A stretch of DNA of 63,699 nucleotides, filler included, from Corallochytrium limacisporum Hawaii (Eukaryota > Protista > Pluriformea), in assembly GCA_002811645.1 (NCBI GenBank). It is 4 parts of 4 records of this genome, joined end to end, with 100 filler letters (N's around TTAATTAATTAA, not from the genome) between each part and the next. Parts side by side here need not be neighbours in the genome. Positions count along the whole stretch, not along the records: positions 21,119 to 42,902 come from PDIP01000023.1; 3 more parts are not named here. One strand, given 5' to 3'. A program made the position numbers and the translations under genes. Shown here piece after piece: positions 23,429-37,012 of this stretch. The notes under the pieces are model-generated. The model was not told where the DNA came from and ran no database searches. It saw only the letters and a list, made by a program, of their open reading frames with translations. Each line of letters starts with the position of its first letter. The first letter of the stretch is position 1.

Positions 23429-25930
23429 GCCCATGGCCAGCTGGGCTTTACTGCTCCACGACGGCTTCGGTGAGGAGGAACTATGCAGCCGTCGTCGTTT
23501 GTGCGTGCTCCCCACCCCGGGGTGGGTTTGTGCTCATTACACCGTTCCCTGCGCCGCTTGGGGACCCGTGGTCGGCCCACCGTTTTGGTCTCCCAGCCAG
23601 CACACGGACCGATGATTCATTTTTTAGTGGGTGATGAACTCTCAGGAGACATTTTGGCCCGGAACATCTCAGCATGTTCTCTGCTCGTTCCCGCATTAAC
23701 AAGGGAGCAATGCCACGCAGGTGCGCAGCAAGCACCTCGCGGCGCTCGCGCTCGCGCTCCTTCCTCTCGCCCAGCCTTGGGGGGGGGGGGTTTGGCCCTT
23801 TCCGCTTGCGATCGTGTGCCCTCCAACGGCTTCAGTACTTTTAACGCCCTCCGGGCCGAAGTCTGGCAGGGCAGAGAGAGAAAGAGGGAGAAAGAGGGAG
23901 GGTGAGAATGAGGGAGACTGAAACTGACACGCAAATTTTGAGATCACCGGCTTTGGTTACCTCACAACCGAAAAGAGCCCGAACACAAGGCCAGAGAAAA
24001 CGGTGGAACAGCAACCACCCGATAACAACAACAAAAAAATGAGGGGCAAGAATGACACAAAAGAGAAAGCGAAAAAAAAAACAAAGGAAAAGAAAAAAAA
24101 ACCGGGCGTTGGGGAGAAAGAGGAGGCCGAAAGGCCCACCGAAGGACGTCACGAAGGCGCGTGGAGTTCCAATGGAGAACTCGTCAAACCGGTGAGGAGG
24201 AAGACACGGGTGTCATGGGAGCCAAGATGTACCGGAAGGTGGGATCCCGTGTTATGACCTTGGCAAAAGCAAGGTGATTTGAGCCACACGGCAGAGCATC
24301 ACCTGGGTCACGCAGCGGACACAAACTGAAAGGTGGACAAGGGGTTCCAGATTCAAGTTAGTGAGAACACTAGCGATCTGAGCCATCATTGTCCAATGGC
24401 CTCTATCACCAGCATCGTCAAACATTAGCTTGAGGATCACTCGGCCCTTCCACCTCCTCAGGGGTACAGCTGGCTCACCAGACGTTAGCTGATGGTTGGA
24501 TGTTGGTTCCAGGCCGGGCTATTATGAAGGAAGACTGGGCAGACACTTCACGGCGATGATGCTAACCATTTGGGGTCTGGAAGCGTTCGTGACAGGGCGC
24601 TGTTGTGCCTAGGTACGTGCGTGTTTTGTGCGGCATAGATAAAGGCAATACAACTGCGTGTGTCAACAATACGATGTCGCTAGGGACATCGCATCGCATC
24701 CTGAAGGCGTAACTTCGTGCCATTGACGTACAATGAACGGCCATGGATCTCGGAACTGTCCGTAACATGGAGCGCTGTTTATGCCTCAGACAGAGGACTT
24801 CATTACGCAGTTCTCTGGCTCTGGCCATCTTCTCTCTCGCCGTGTCCGTTATCAGTTAGTTGGATGGCACGCAGATGCTACCGAATCTCTCAAGTTAAAC
24901 CAATGCTGGTCTGACCGCCATGGGCTCGCCGAGAAGGGGGACCCTCGGACCAGCGGAAAATAGGCCCCTGTCCACTCCGTCCAAACCGGGCGGGGAGGAG
25001 GTGGTGGACGACACGGACGGACAGCCCCTCTCTCTCTCTCTCTGGCTCTCTCTGTCTACCTCCCCGTGTTGGTTGCACGTCACTTTCCAACCAGCAGCGG
25101 CGGGGTTGGCATATGGCGGGGGGAGGGGGGAAGGGGGGGGAACCAAAAACAAAGAGCGAGAGACCCTGCGGATCACTTCGGAGAACAAAAAGGGGCACGA
25201 AATGATAATAGAACAACCAAAAAAAAAAACCACCCGCCCCTTGCGCTCCCTCCCGAACCCAACTTCCTTTTTTTACAATCTTTTTTATTCCTCCGCGCCC
25301 TTCCACCCCCCCCCCCGCCGGCCCCTCCCCCTCTCCTTTTATGTACTTAAACATCTGCTTCTGGGTACAACGAGCGGCGGCTCGTTGATAAAGTAGTGGC
25401 ATCCCGTTACTAAGGACCTCGGGCAAACCCGTTCAAAGGCGGAGGACGGACGGGCAGGGGAAGGGAAGTAGCAGAGAAGGGGCACTGGACACGGGCAAGG
25501 ACTTCCTATTCCGATCGTGCGAGCTCAGTGCTCACAGGTTTTTTTTTTCTGGAAGCTCCAATCTGAGTCGTACATTCAGTACTGATGAGACACAATGATG
25601 ATATCAATGCCGGGTCCGACGGGGGAAGGGAATGGGTGGGATGCTAGCAGTTTTCGGGGGAAAGATGGAAACAGGCCCAGGGCCAAACAGGCCGAGGGCC
25701 AAAGATGGATATGAATGTGCCGGGTAGGGCAAGGGGGGCCCGACCATAGCCGGCAGCAAGCATACCGTGGGGTGCCCATGAATATAATATTGTTCACGAG
25801 TACCTCGGACATACATTGTATGGCCAATGGCTATTAATGGATTGGCTTCCACAGACCCTTTGCTCCTAGTTGGCTTCCTGTCCCGAGTCATGGTTGTAGG
25901 ATACTGTTTGGCAATCGGGCCATTGAACAC
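22600..25930 (-). mobile_element. Highly degenerate Ty3/gypsy pol relic (RT-connection-integrase)
   Basis: EVLVNNIIFMG (cf. VYVDDII, ~25780); RWPEPENCVMKSSV*GINSAPCYGQFRDPWPFIV has the same spacing as WTxxCxxAFxxLKxxLxSAPVLxxPDxxKPFIL (~24730-24830); VILKLMFDDAGDRGHW...CVRC, the integrase H2C2 zinc finger (~24310-24440); GPFH..QGQASERTVQKI, the integrase core (~22770-22830). Confidence 0.65.
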
Positions 25931-26037
25931 TTAGATGCATCTTGGAACTAGAAACCATGTGACGTGGTGGAGAAATTCCGGGTCGGTCCGTCTAAAATTT
26001 ACTATACTAGGACATAACAGATAGATCACAGTGCTCC

Positions 26038-27693
26038 ATGGTGGTTTTGAAGACGGCTGTAGCCGCGGGCCTCATCATGGCTTTCGGAGGCTCCCTGGTG
26101 CGCGGAGGCACTTCCGAAATGGCAGATGCTCATATGCCTCGTATGCTGGACTTTAGCTACGCAGGATATAAAGAAGGTGAGGTGGCGCCACCGACCTTTC
26201 AGGAGCTCAAAGATGCTGGCTGGACCGTGGTCGACATGTCACAGCAAACAGAGTACGGATGCGTTCGCAATAAGAATACACGCTGGTGCGATACCGCCCT
26301 CAGTGCAGTCGCAGACGACATTCGAACCAATCAGGAGAACCGCCCGGGTACAGTAATCTATTTTCCAGAAGGCAAGTACAGCTTCCACGGTGGTGGATCC
26401 TACGTTAGCCTGGAAACCATCAGCAATTTGGTGATCCAGGGTGACGGGCCCACAAAGACGGAGATATTCATGCGCAATCCCTACGAGCCTAACAACTCGC
26501 AGCAAGGATGGAGGTTCGGCACCCCCAAAAACAACCACTGGACAGTGGCAGACATTGTGGCCGATGCCGACCTGGGCGACATGTCGGTTATTGCGGTGCC
26601 ACGCAAGCCTCTGAGCGTTGGTGACAACGTGTACATTGACGCCCGGAGCGATGCAATGGCCAAGGATTTGCTGGAAGACCGTATCTACCGAGATTACTCC
26701 ACTTTCCGAATGGGTGAACTCCACAAAGTTAATGCAGTGAAAGTACTGGAAGACGATCGGGTTCAGATTACATTCAGTCGCCCGATCAGCGTGCCGCTCA
26801 TGCCGGAACGGTGGGGCCGTATTACGCTGCAGGGTATTGAAATGTATGGCAATATTGGGTTTCAGGATCTCAGCTGGCATGGCTACTGGAACAGCATCGA
26901 GGATCAGTTCTGCCATCATTGTCGTTGCAGTTCCTGTGTTCACCGCTGTACCTGGAAAGACGAAGGTAAGGGCGAAAATGGTACCGCGCTCTGTTGCCAG
27001 ACTGCCTCCCGGGAGATCCACGACTACGGATGGCAGGCTGCTCACCTGACTGCAGTGCATGATGGTTGGGCGCGCAATATTGTCTTTCGCAACTTTAACA
27101 ACAATGCCCTGGAGCACCGCCGCAACCGTGGTTTCACATACGATAGTATCAAATATGAGGGCAAGGAAAGTCACAGCGTTATGAGCATACTTGAATGCTC
27201 CGCATTCCTCATCAACAACGTGGAAGACAGGCAATATCATGCTCACGGCCCGTTACTGCGGGACTGGACTACCTATACTGTGATCCGCCACTATACAGGC
27301 AGGAATGGGAGCCCGTTCCATGATTTCCACGCTAATGGACCGTATGCCACTCTGTTGGATGCCAATAACGGCTCTCTGAACGGCAACGGAGGCCGTCAGA
27401 CGGTTCATCATGTTTTTCTGACCGTGTACTGGAACAACGTCCTCACTCCCGCGTGCCGCTTCGGCAAGATTGATGGATCGCGTAGTGAGACCTTTTCGCC
27501 GCTGGACGGTCGCTCGAACTCCATACAAAACACACCAATCTTTGTCGGCTCCAAATACGCTAGTGGGCACGCTCTTACTCTTGAAGACTGTACTCTCGTA
27601 CACGACGGTAAGAACATTGAGTCCATCCCATCGCTCTATGTCTACCAGTTTCGACGTCGCACTGGCAAGGACCCGCCTCTGACCGATCCTTAG
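26038..27693 (+). CDS. Secreted right-handed beta-helix protein; bacterial pectate_lyase_3/DUF4955-like putative polysaccharide lyase
   Basis: N-terminal signal peptide. LDFSYAGY..GE..PP start, VIYFPEGKY, SNLVIQGDG..KTEI, HAHGP, DFHANGPYATLLD and a C-terminal PSLY..Q..RR, all recalled as motifs of Bacteroidota DUF4955-type proteins. Confidence 0.75.
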   Translation: MVVLKTAVAAGLIMAFGGSLVRGGTSEMADAHMPRMLDFSYAGYKEGEVAPPTFQELKDAGWTVVDMSQQTEYGCVRNKNTRWCDTALSAVADDIRTNQENRPGTVIYFPEGKYSFHGGGSYVSLETISNLVIQGDGPTKTEIFMRNPYEPNNSQQGWRFGTPKNNHWTVADIVADADLGDMSVIAVPRKPLSVGDNVYIDARSDAMAKDLLEDRIYRDYSTFRMGELHKVNAVKVLEDDRVQITFSRPISVPLMPERWGRITLQGIEMYGNIGFQDLSWHGYWNSIEDQFCHHCRCSSCVHRCTWKDEGKGENGTALCCQTASREIHDYGWQAAHLTAVHDGWARNIVFRNFNNNALEHRRNRGFTYDSIKYEGKESHSVMSILECSAFLINNVEDRQYHAHGPLLRDWTTYTVIRHYTGRNGSPFHDFHANGPYATLLDANNGSLNGNGGRQTVHHVFLTVYWNNVLTPACRFGKIDGSRSETFSPLDGRSNSIQNTPIFVGSKYASGHALTLEDCTLVHDGKNIESIPSLYVYQFRRRTGKDPPLTDP

Positions 27694-27966
27694 TGAACCA
27701 TATCATTACCATCAGGTATCCAAGTAAAAACTCTAACCTGTATTAAAGAATTCGCATGATGGAACCTTCTGTTTCCCGCAACAAGCAGGCATGATTGGTG
27801 TCGTCTGCCATCATGGTCACATGTATCGCCGCCTGTGCGCCCTGTGTCTGACCGGGAGGGAACCGTCCCCGGTAATGCCACTACCGGATCCATTTCCGAG
27901 CATATGCACAGTAGTTCATATAGCAATTTTTCCTCCCCTCCAACACATCCAGTAGAGGTTACGGAT

Positions 27967-28038
27967 GGCGACGTGGTGTAATGGTTAGCATTCAAGACTC
28001 TGAATCTTGAGACGGGAGTTCGATTCTCCCCGTTGCCT
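27967..28038 (+). tRNA. tRNA-Gln (anticodon CTG), intronless
   Basis: Acceptor stem GGCGACG/CGTTGCC; D-arm TGGTGTAATGGTTAGCA; anticodon arm CAAGA-CT-CTG-AA-TCTTG; T-arm GGGAG-TTCGATT-CTCCC; 72 nt. Confidence 0.95.
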
Positions 28039-28051
28039 CTCTTGGGCTTTA

Positions 28052-28058
28052 TTTTTTT

Positions 28059-28093
<35 letters not shown>
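28052..28093 (+). terminator. Oligo-dT RNA polymerase III terminator
   Basis: T8 followed by a T-run of more than 30 nt, starting 14 nt after the tRNA. Confidence 0.8.
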
Positions 28094-28096
<3 letters not shown>

Positions 28097-28460
28097 TCCC
28101 AAATCCCTCCGCCGCTCTCGAACGCGGCGAGTCTGCGTGTGGTGCGGTAGAAGATCACATCGTCAACGCGAGTGGTGTTGTGGTGGGGGTGGAAATCTAG
28201 AAAGTGTATTTTTTTGGGTCTTTTGGAAACTCGGAAAGTTGTGGTTCCTTGTTCTTTCTGGGGTGGTCAAAATGGATTAAACGGAGGTGCGTGCAGGTGT
28301 AGATGGTGAATACGTCCTCGTTATCACGGTAGCCATGGAACAAACATAATAACCCGTGAAACGGAGGCACTCATCGTCCACAGCCGTACACTTTTGCCGC
28401 CCAGGTCGGTCTTCTGTTTCTCAAAGATCAAGATAAGTGCATATTTCATTCCGATATCAA

Positions 28461-30881
<2,421 letters not shown>

Positions 30882-33849
30882 CTAAAGTTGAATCATTCAC
30901 GTAAGCAAATGCAGAAACAGTCTGTGAATGTAATGTGCAGCCTCTCGTGCATGTGACAGGACAACTTCAAGTCGGAAATTACGAGACTTTCGAACTAATT
31001 TTTCGAGCTGTTCTGTGACAACACCTTGGTGCCTGGGTTCATGGGAAATACGATGCCTGCAAAAAGAACAACGCAAGCAAGCCAAGTGTAAGAGATCGGG
31101 AGACAACCCCCTCAGTGCACCAGAGCTGCGCCGGCCCTGGGGAGCGGAAAGAGTAGGGGGGAGTCTCACTGCTTTGTATAGTAGCGATGCAGTCCTACAT
31201 ACATTCCAATCTGTTTTTTTTCCTTTGGCCGGATCCAACCTCAGCCGTTGTATGCTACTCTCCCGGTTCACCTCCCGGCAGGTCGTCTGCGTCTGTTTTG
31301 TTTCCCTTTTTCTCCTTTTTTTTCTTTGTTTCCTTTGTTTTTCGTTCCACTGGGCACAAGCGGCCCTCATTTTCGTGGACAGCCAGCCAGGCGTACCGAC
31401 CGACCGACCGACCGACCGACCGACGACAAGCGAAGCCGTACCGCAAAAAAAAAATGGAGCAGATAAAAAACATTGCCGCGCTTTTTATTTTCGCCTAGGT
31501 TCGTTACTGTTGGCGGCCATCGCTGCCCTTTCGTGGGTTTCGTGTTTAGTCGCTCTTTTTTTCCTTTTTTTTGCGCGCTTCCTGCGCATCATTTACGGTG
31601 TCCGATGCGGCACCGCAAGTTAGGAGAGATCTCTCCTTCTTTTTTTTTCCTAAAACGCGGCCCCCTTACCCCAGCCTTTGCCCGCTCCCCCACCCCGGGG
31701 GGGGCGGGGGCTCTCTCTGTCTCTCTCTGTGCCTGCGGCCCATGGTTTTCTCCCGGTACCCCCCGCCCGCGCCCACCCGGGGGAGGGGGGGTTTGGACAA
31801 CTGCGCAAGAAAAGAGGAGCAAGTGTTTGTGAAGAAGTCCACTGTCCGCTGGCCTTGTCTGCTGTTGTTGTGCTGGGCTCCGGGATGCCGGGATGAGAAG
31901 AAGCCAAGGCACTCCGCACTGCAGCAAGCCACAAGAGTTGGCGAAGTTGGATCTCGTGAGATGGGTCCAGGGCAGGGAAGCCCTGTGGGCTGGCTGTCCC
32001 TTTGCGCAAACACACATTCACAATGCTTACGCACACTGCGGCCTGTTTAATTGTTGTGCAGTAATGGTCAGGCTCGTCGTGTCTTTGTGTTATGAATGCT
32101 CGCTGACCGGGGATCGTGCTCTGCAATCTTGAGTTGTTGTGCTTTCCCAGATGCTGACAGAACCCAGCCATGAAGTCGGGTCGGCTGGCCATCCACAGAT
32201 CGCTTCAAAGACATGAGTCCAGAGTGTTTGATTTTACATGTGTGCTACCAAAGATGCTCTGCGACAACAGATGGTGCAATAATTGCACGAGTAGCAGAGC
32301 GACTTGCACCATCGTGTCCATCTCTCCGGTCTAATCTTCCAGTGTTACACACGACTCCGTCGTTGTTTTGTGTCCTCACCGTTCCAGCCACTTGGATGAT
32401 AGACTTGATCTGAGGTTCGCACACGTCGCGCATCGCTCTTTTGATCCACTTACGTTCACTATGGCTGGCCTTCGGCCTGCAGAAGCACGGGTCGTCCTTT
32501 TTATCTCTGGGCACATCTCGTTCCGCCTTGCCTTTCGCATGACTTTTTCCACGTTGGTAGCAGTCTTCCTACGGAGATGACCCGTCCCGTTGATAGTAAA
32601 AGATCATTTTTAATACTTAATGTATTGATACTAATTTGATACGCTGATTGTTGATTCACCCACAACAAACACGAAAACTTCCGCCAGCGCGGAAACCCTT
32701 GCACGGCTTTCCATCCCGTGCATTCATTTCCAATGAATTTTCTCCCTCCAGGAGAAAAGCACAGGTAGATACCTCATGAACACAGAGAGCTGCTATACCA
32801 ACCCCATCTTTATATGTAAAGTATATTGTGACAGTGTACGACTCTCCCACATCTGTATACATTCGGAGTGCCCGTGCGCCGCAATCCCGTGCATATTGGC
32901 AGCCGTTGGAACACCCCCGCACGGAGGTGAACGGAGAGAGAGAGAGAGACACACACACACACACGGGGGACCAAAAGAGACAGAGCCGACAAAGATCCAC
33001 AGAGAGAGAAAGATGGTGAATTTCTTTATTTATAAAAAGAAAACAAAGGAACAAAAAATCATGTGGTTTTTCCGTGCGTTTGTCCGTCCGTCCCAATCTT
33101 TTGTCGCAAAAAATCTACAACACCGCCCATTCACTCCTTAACCCCGCCCCGTGGGCGCACCTGGCACAGTGATCGAGAGACTAAAAATTGCAAAGAAGAG
33201 TACCAAAAGGCCCAACCAAAAACTAAAAAAAAAAGGAAAACATAAACAGAGCCAAGAACGCGAAACACACACACACACACCCGCGCACGGCACGTACACC
33301 GGGCACGGGAGAGTGCAAAAAGTAAGCGAAGGCCCCCCGAGAGGGGGGGGGTGTAGGGGAGGAGTAGGGGAGAGACGGGCAGGCAGTGAGAAAAAAAAGT
33401 GTTTACTCTTTTCTCGTGCTAAAAATAGACCCAAACTTCCCCTCTTTTTGTCCTCCCCACCAACTCTGACTCCTTTTTCACGTTAGGGGTTTTCGTCTCT
33501 CTCCTCCCACCCCCCCCTGGCGCCCCGCGGGAAGGGGGGGGGACCTGTGTCTCTGGTGTCTCGCTCTCTCACTCGCTCACTCCAGAAGCAGCCACTCTGG
33601 CGGCGCTCTGTGTGTGTGTGTGTGTGTCTCTCTCTCTTGCTGTTGCGGCTCTTCGTCGCTCTCTGCGGGGCCCGTACTCCATGCTCTCTCGTCAAACAAT
33701 GCTTTTCCTTTAAGATTCCCTGCCTCTCTGTTGGACCCGTTGGGATGCTCGGGTGTGTTGTGCCCTTTGTTCGTTGTCGGCTTCTCTGTCTCTTTTTTTA
33801 GCAAAGCAACCCCAGACCGGACGGTGTTTGAAAATCTCCCATAGTGAAT

Positions 33850-35600
33850 GTACAGACCAACGCGTTTCTGCGGACCCCCCAAAAAAGGGAGCATGACTCG
33901 GATTTGATTTTTTTGATGAAACCTTCGTTGAACAGGAGCAATTCTTGGGAGAAACCCAACCATGGAGGAAACGAGGCCAGCAGGCAAACCGGGGACCGGA
34001 CCGAATGTGTTGCCAGCACAGTGCCCCAAAACCAAGTCGGAAAATATAAGGGGTCCCTGGAGAGACCAAGAAGAGCCGCAGGGTACGGGAACGGAAAAAG
34101 ATCCGCACCCACGAGTGGGTTAGTTGCCACGCGTGCAAGAATAGATCCACAACGCACATCGTGCATGCCGGTCGCTCGACATGCTAAACACAGACCGAAA
34201 ATGATTTTGATCTGAGTGCAGTGAAGAGAGCAACGGATCTGTGCTTAACATGCGAGGTGTGATGAGATTACATCAATACCAATTTGTAATCCGGAGCGGA
34301 GTTGCGCAGCCACCGAGCCCACCATTTGGGGAGTGCAGAGTGACTCTTATGTACGCACGGGAACTAGGTTTGTCCTCTTTTTCTATGGCACCGCCCGCGC
34401 AGGGGGGGGTGCCGGTCTACCTAAGCTCAGGATGATGGTCGCAGACCCGGATCACTGGTAGATGGGATTCTCGGGTGAGTATCGAGAGAGTCTGACTTTC
34501 ACCATGCCTAAACGAACCTGAAGAGTGCCCGTGGACAAAGGACTCCACATGGTGAGAATCAACGATGCCGTTTGTTGGAGTACAGCACATGACCCTGTAG
34601 ATCATTCCGAGTTAATCCGGGACTCGGCTGACGGTCCAAGATCCCCAAACATGGTATGACATGCTGATCTCTCCTGAATGGAAATAAAACTTCTCTCCTC
34701 AGTGTCAGAGAAAGTCAAAGCTCAAATGCTCCGCATCCGTGACATCACATATGCGCCCCTTATATCTCCAAAGCCACCTCAATCGCCAAGAGATGTCCTT
34801 CGTCAGCAATTTGGTCCTCACCTCCACCCCATCCCTCCATTCACCAACGTACTGAGCTAATCAGTCCGATAGACACATGATGCAGAGCAGCAGTATTCAT
34901 GCTCTAAGTGGTTAGCTGGATAGGAGGCAGGGCCTGATGATCCTGGCTTCCCGGGGCGCATATGGTCCCATGCACCCAAAACCACCTGAAGGGGTGGGGA
35001 TCGTCACAAGGATCCTATCCTGCTTCCCGTACAGTAAAACGTAGTGCGAGCAATTAGTTTAACCCTCAGAACCGATTGGTGAATTTTTTTTTTCTTTTTT
35101 GGCCTTCGCTGCTATGGTTTTATAGGGTGCTATGGGTATACGGAGGTCAACAAAACTGTCCCATTTTCTTAGGGACGTGCTGCCGTTCCATGGGTGTTGG
35201 CACTGGGAATGCCTTGCACCGTTAGAGACAGTGGGCGGAGTGGAACGGGGCCTAATTATTCTCTTTGGAGAGGCGTTGCTTGTGATGCCAATTGGCCCGC
35301 CATGGGGAACCACTTCTACTACAGCATTACCACCTTGGAGATCAGACGGTAAAGTTGTCGTACTGCATGCCCATGGACAACACCAAGACCAGAGCTCGGG
35401 AGCAAATGGAAACCTCAGCAAAGAACAAGCTGTTCGCGTTTTCGAGTTGACCTTCGGAACCTATTCTACAAATGTGTTCTTGCCCCCACACTGACAACTA
35501 ACGTGCTCATCACCACATCCACACGGTCGAGAACAAAAACCCAAGGCCAGTACGCACAGACGATCAAACTTGCACGTACCAACGGATACCAATGGGAATG
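33850..35600 (-). mobile_element. Degenerate Ty3/gypsy RNaseH-integrase relic
   Basis: PIGITSNAS (cf. TDAS); EGHLLAIEVAL (cf. EKELLAIVxAL); IRVTLHSPNGGLGGCATPLRITNWY* (integrase zinc-finger HHCC half); CVVDLF..PGTPYIFRLGFG (integrase core). Confidence 0.5.
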
Positions 35601-36292
35601 CGACTGAAACGTCACGCAGATGATCGCGTGGAGGACTGGGGCTTAGGGACTCAGTACTGGATCCGTTACCCCAAAGTGGATGCGTCCCCCCCACCCCGGG
35701 GTGAAGGAGGCCCGCGTGATTGGCGCCAAAGGTTCAGTCAGTAGTGCCGGTGATGAAAAAACTGGCTGGCAAAAATTTGCCCCTGCACGACAATACACTG
35801 TCTGAAGTGAGATTCCAATAGTGAATAAACCACAACGGGAGGCCAGCTCCAAATGCGCGACTGCGCCTCCCCAAACCTAAAAAAAGTCAGGGCCCGTCAG
35901 GGAAGCAGGGCCCACCTACTCCTTGCGACCAAGCAAGCGGGTCCAGCGGGCAGAGCGACACCGAAGATGAACCGGACGTGGAAGTTTTCTTCTTGGGACC
36001 GACCGGGTGGGGGGGGGGGGGGGGGGAGGAGGAAAGGTTTGCTCCACCTTGCGTGCCCCGGAGGGCTGGGGGTGCCCCGCCCACCGGGGAGCGGTGGGTG
36101 CTTCGGCTGAGTGATGGGAATCTGGGAAGCCATGTCAGAGCGAGATATGGATACCCAGAGGGTACTTATAAGCATCGTGGGGCTCCCTCTACTCTGTTGA
36201 AGTTCATAGAAATAATTCATTGCGAAAGAACACCTTTGGCTGATATCACGAATGAAAAGTTACCTGAGAGATGGTGCCTTTGCCCGCAGATC

Positions 36293-36925
36293 ATGACGGG
36301 TGACGGTTCATCGAACGCACAACGGCGAGCACAGTCTGGCGCAGGCGCCACTGATCAAGAGCGGCAGGTGAAGAAGCTGAAGCTGGAGGACAAGGATGGG
36401 AAGGCCATTCCAACGTACCCGGGATCATGGACTAGAGATGCAGTATGGCAGGTCTTGAAAGAGAAGGGATGGCTCACGGAGAATCCAGCGCAGGTTATTC
36501 CCGTCTTCAAAGTGTATCTGGAGTTGTTCCGAGTGCGTGGGTATGCAACTGGCCGTATCCACCGGGTATCATTCCCACCAGGCAAACCATGCAAGCTTTT
36601 ACGGATCCCTGCCGAGTCTGTGGCTAGCAAACGTTGGGTGTATTTCGTGTGGGCCCGGAAATCTCCTAAAGGACCGTTCTCAATTTTCCTCACGGTCCCC
36701 TCTACGACATCGCTAGACTTGCGGGAGACACCAATGCTCTTCTCTCTCTTCAAGGACAACATGCAGGGAATATTGGAGAACTCCGTTGTCAAGATCCCGG
36801 GTAAGGAACTAAAAGTCAAAGGAGATCCTCAGACGGACTTTTCAAAACTTTCCATTGCCATTAGTGACACGGATGGCACTTTTGTTATCTACGACCTGTA
36901 CGAAGGGTTGGTACACCTCAAATAA
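36293..36925 (+). CDS. TSEN15: tRNA-splicing endonuclease subunit Sen15-like protein
   Basis: FKVYLELFRVR; LTVP....LDL; C-terminal LSIAISDTDGTFVIYDLYEGL matches the Sen15 LAIVDSDST+VYY..GL pattern. ATG at 36293. Confidence 0.7.
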   Translation: MTGDGSSNAQRRAQSGAGATDQERQVKKLKLEDKDGKAIPTYPGSWTRDAVWQVLKEKGWLTENPAQVIPVFKVYLELFRVRGYATGRIHRVSFPPGKPCKLLRIPAESVASKRWVYFVWARKSPKGPFSIFLTVPSTTSLDLRETPMLFSLFKDNMQGILENSVVKIPGKELKVKGDPQTDFSKLSIAISDTDGTFVIYDLYEGLVHLK

Positions 36926-37012
36926 AATCACTCACTGCACGTCAGAATCATTAATCTTTGACATTAGATAATATTTATCCTTTATCATACAAACAAACAC
37001 AAAATTTTAGCC

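Noticed and set aside
23280-23450. Direct repeats flanking N gaps (also ~21608/21708 and ~16303/16332)
   Set aside because: Typical of unmerged overlapping contig ends.
32100-32700. Possible further retroelement relic (CPEIKR..CATC)
   Set aside because: Motif spacing is too poor to support a call.
34935-34970. CTGATGA as a hammerhead ribozyme core (also ~25582)
   Set aside because: No stem II followed by GAAA and no closing stems found.
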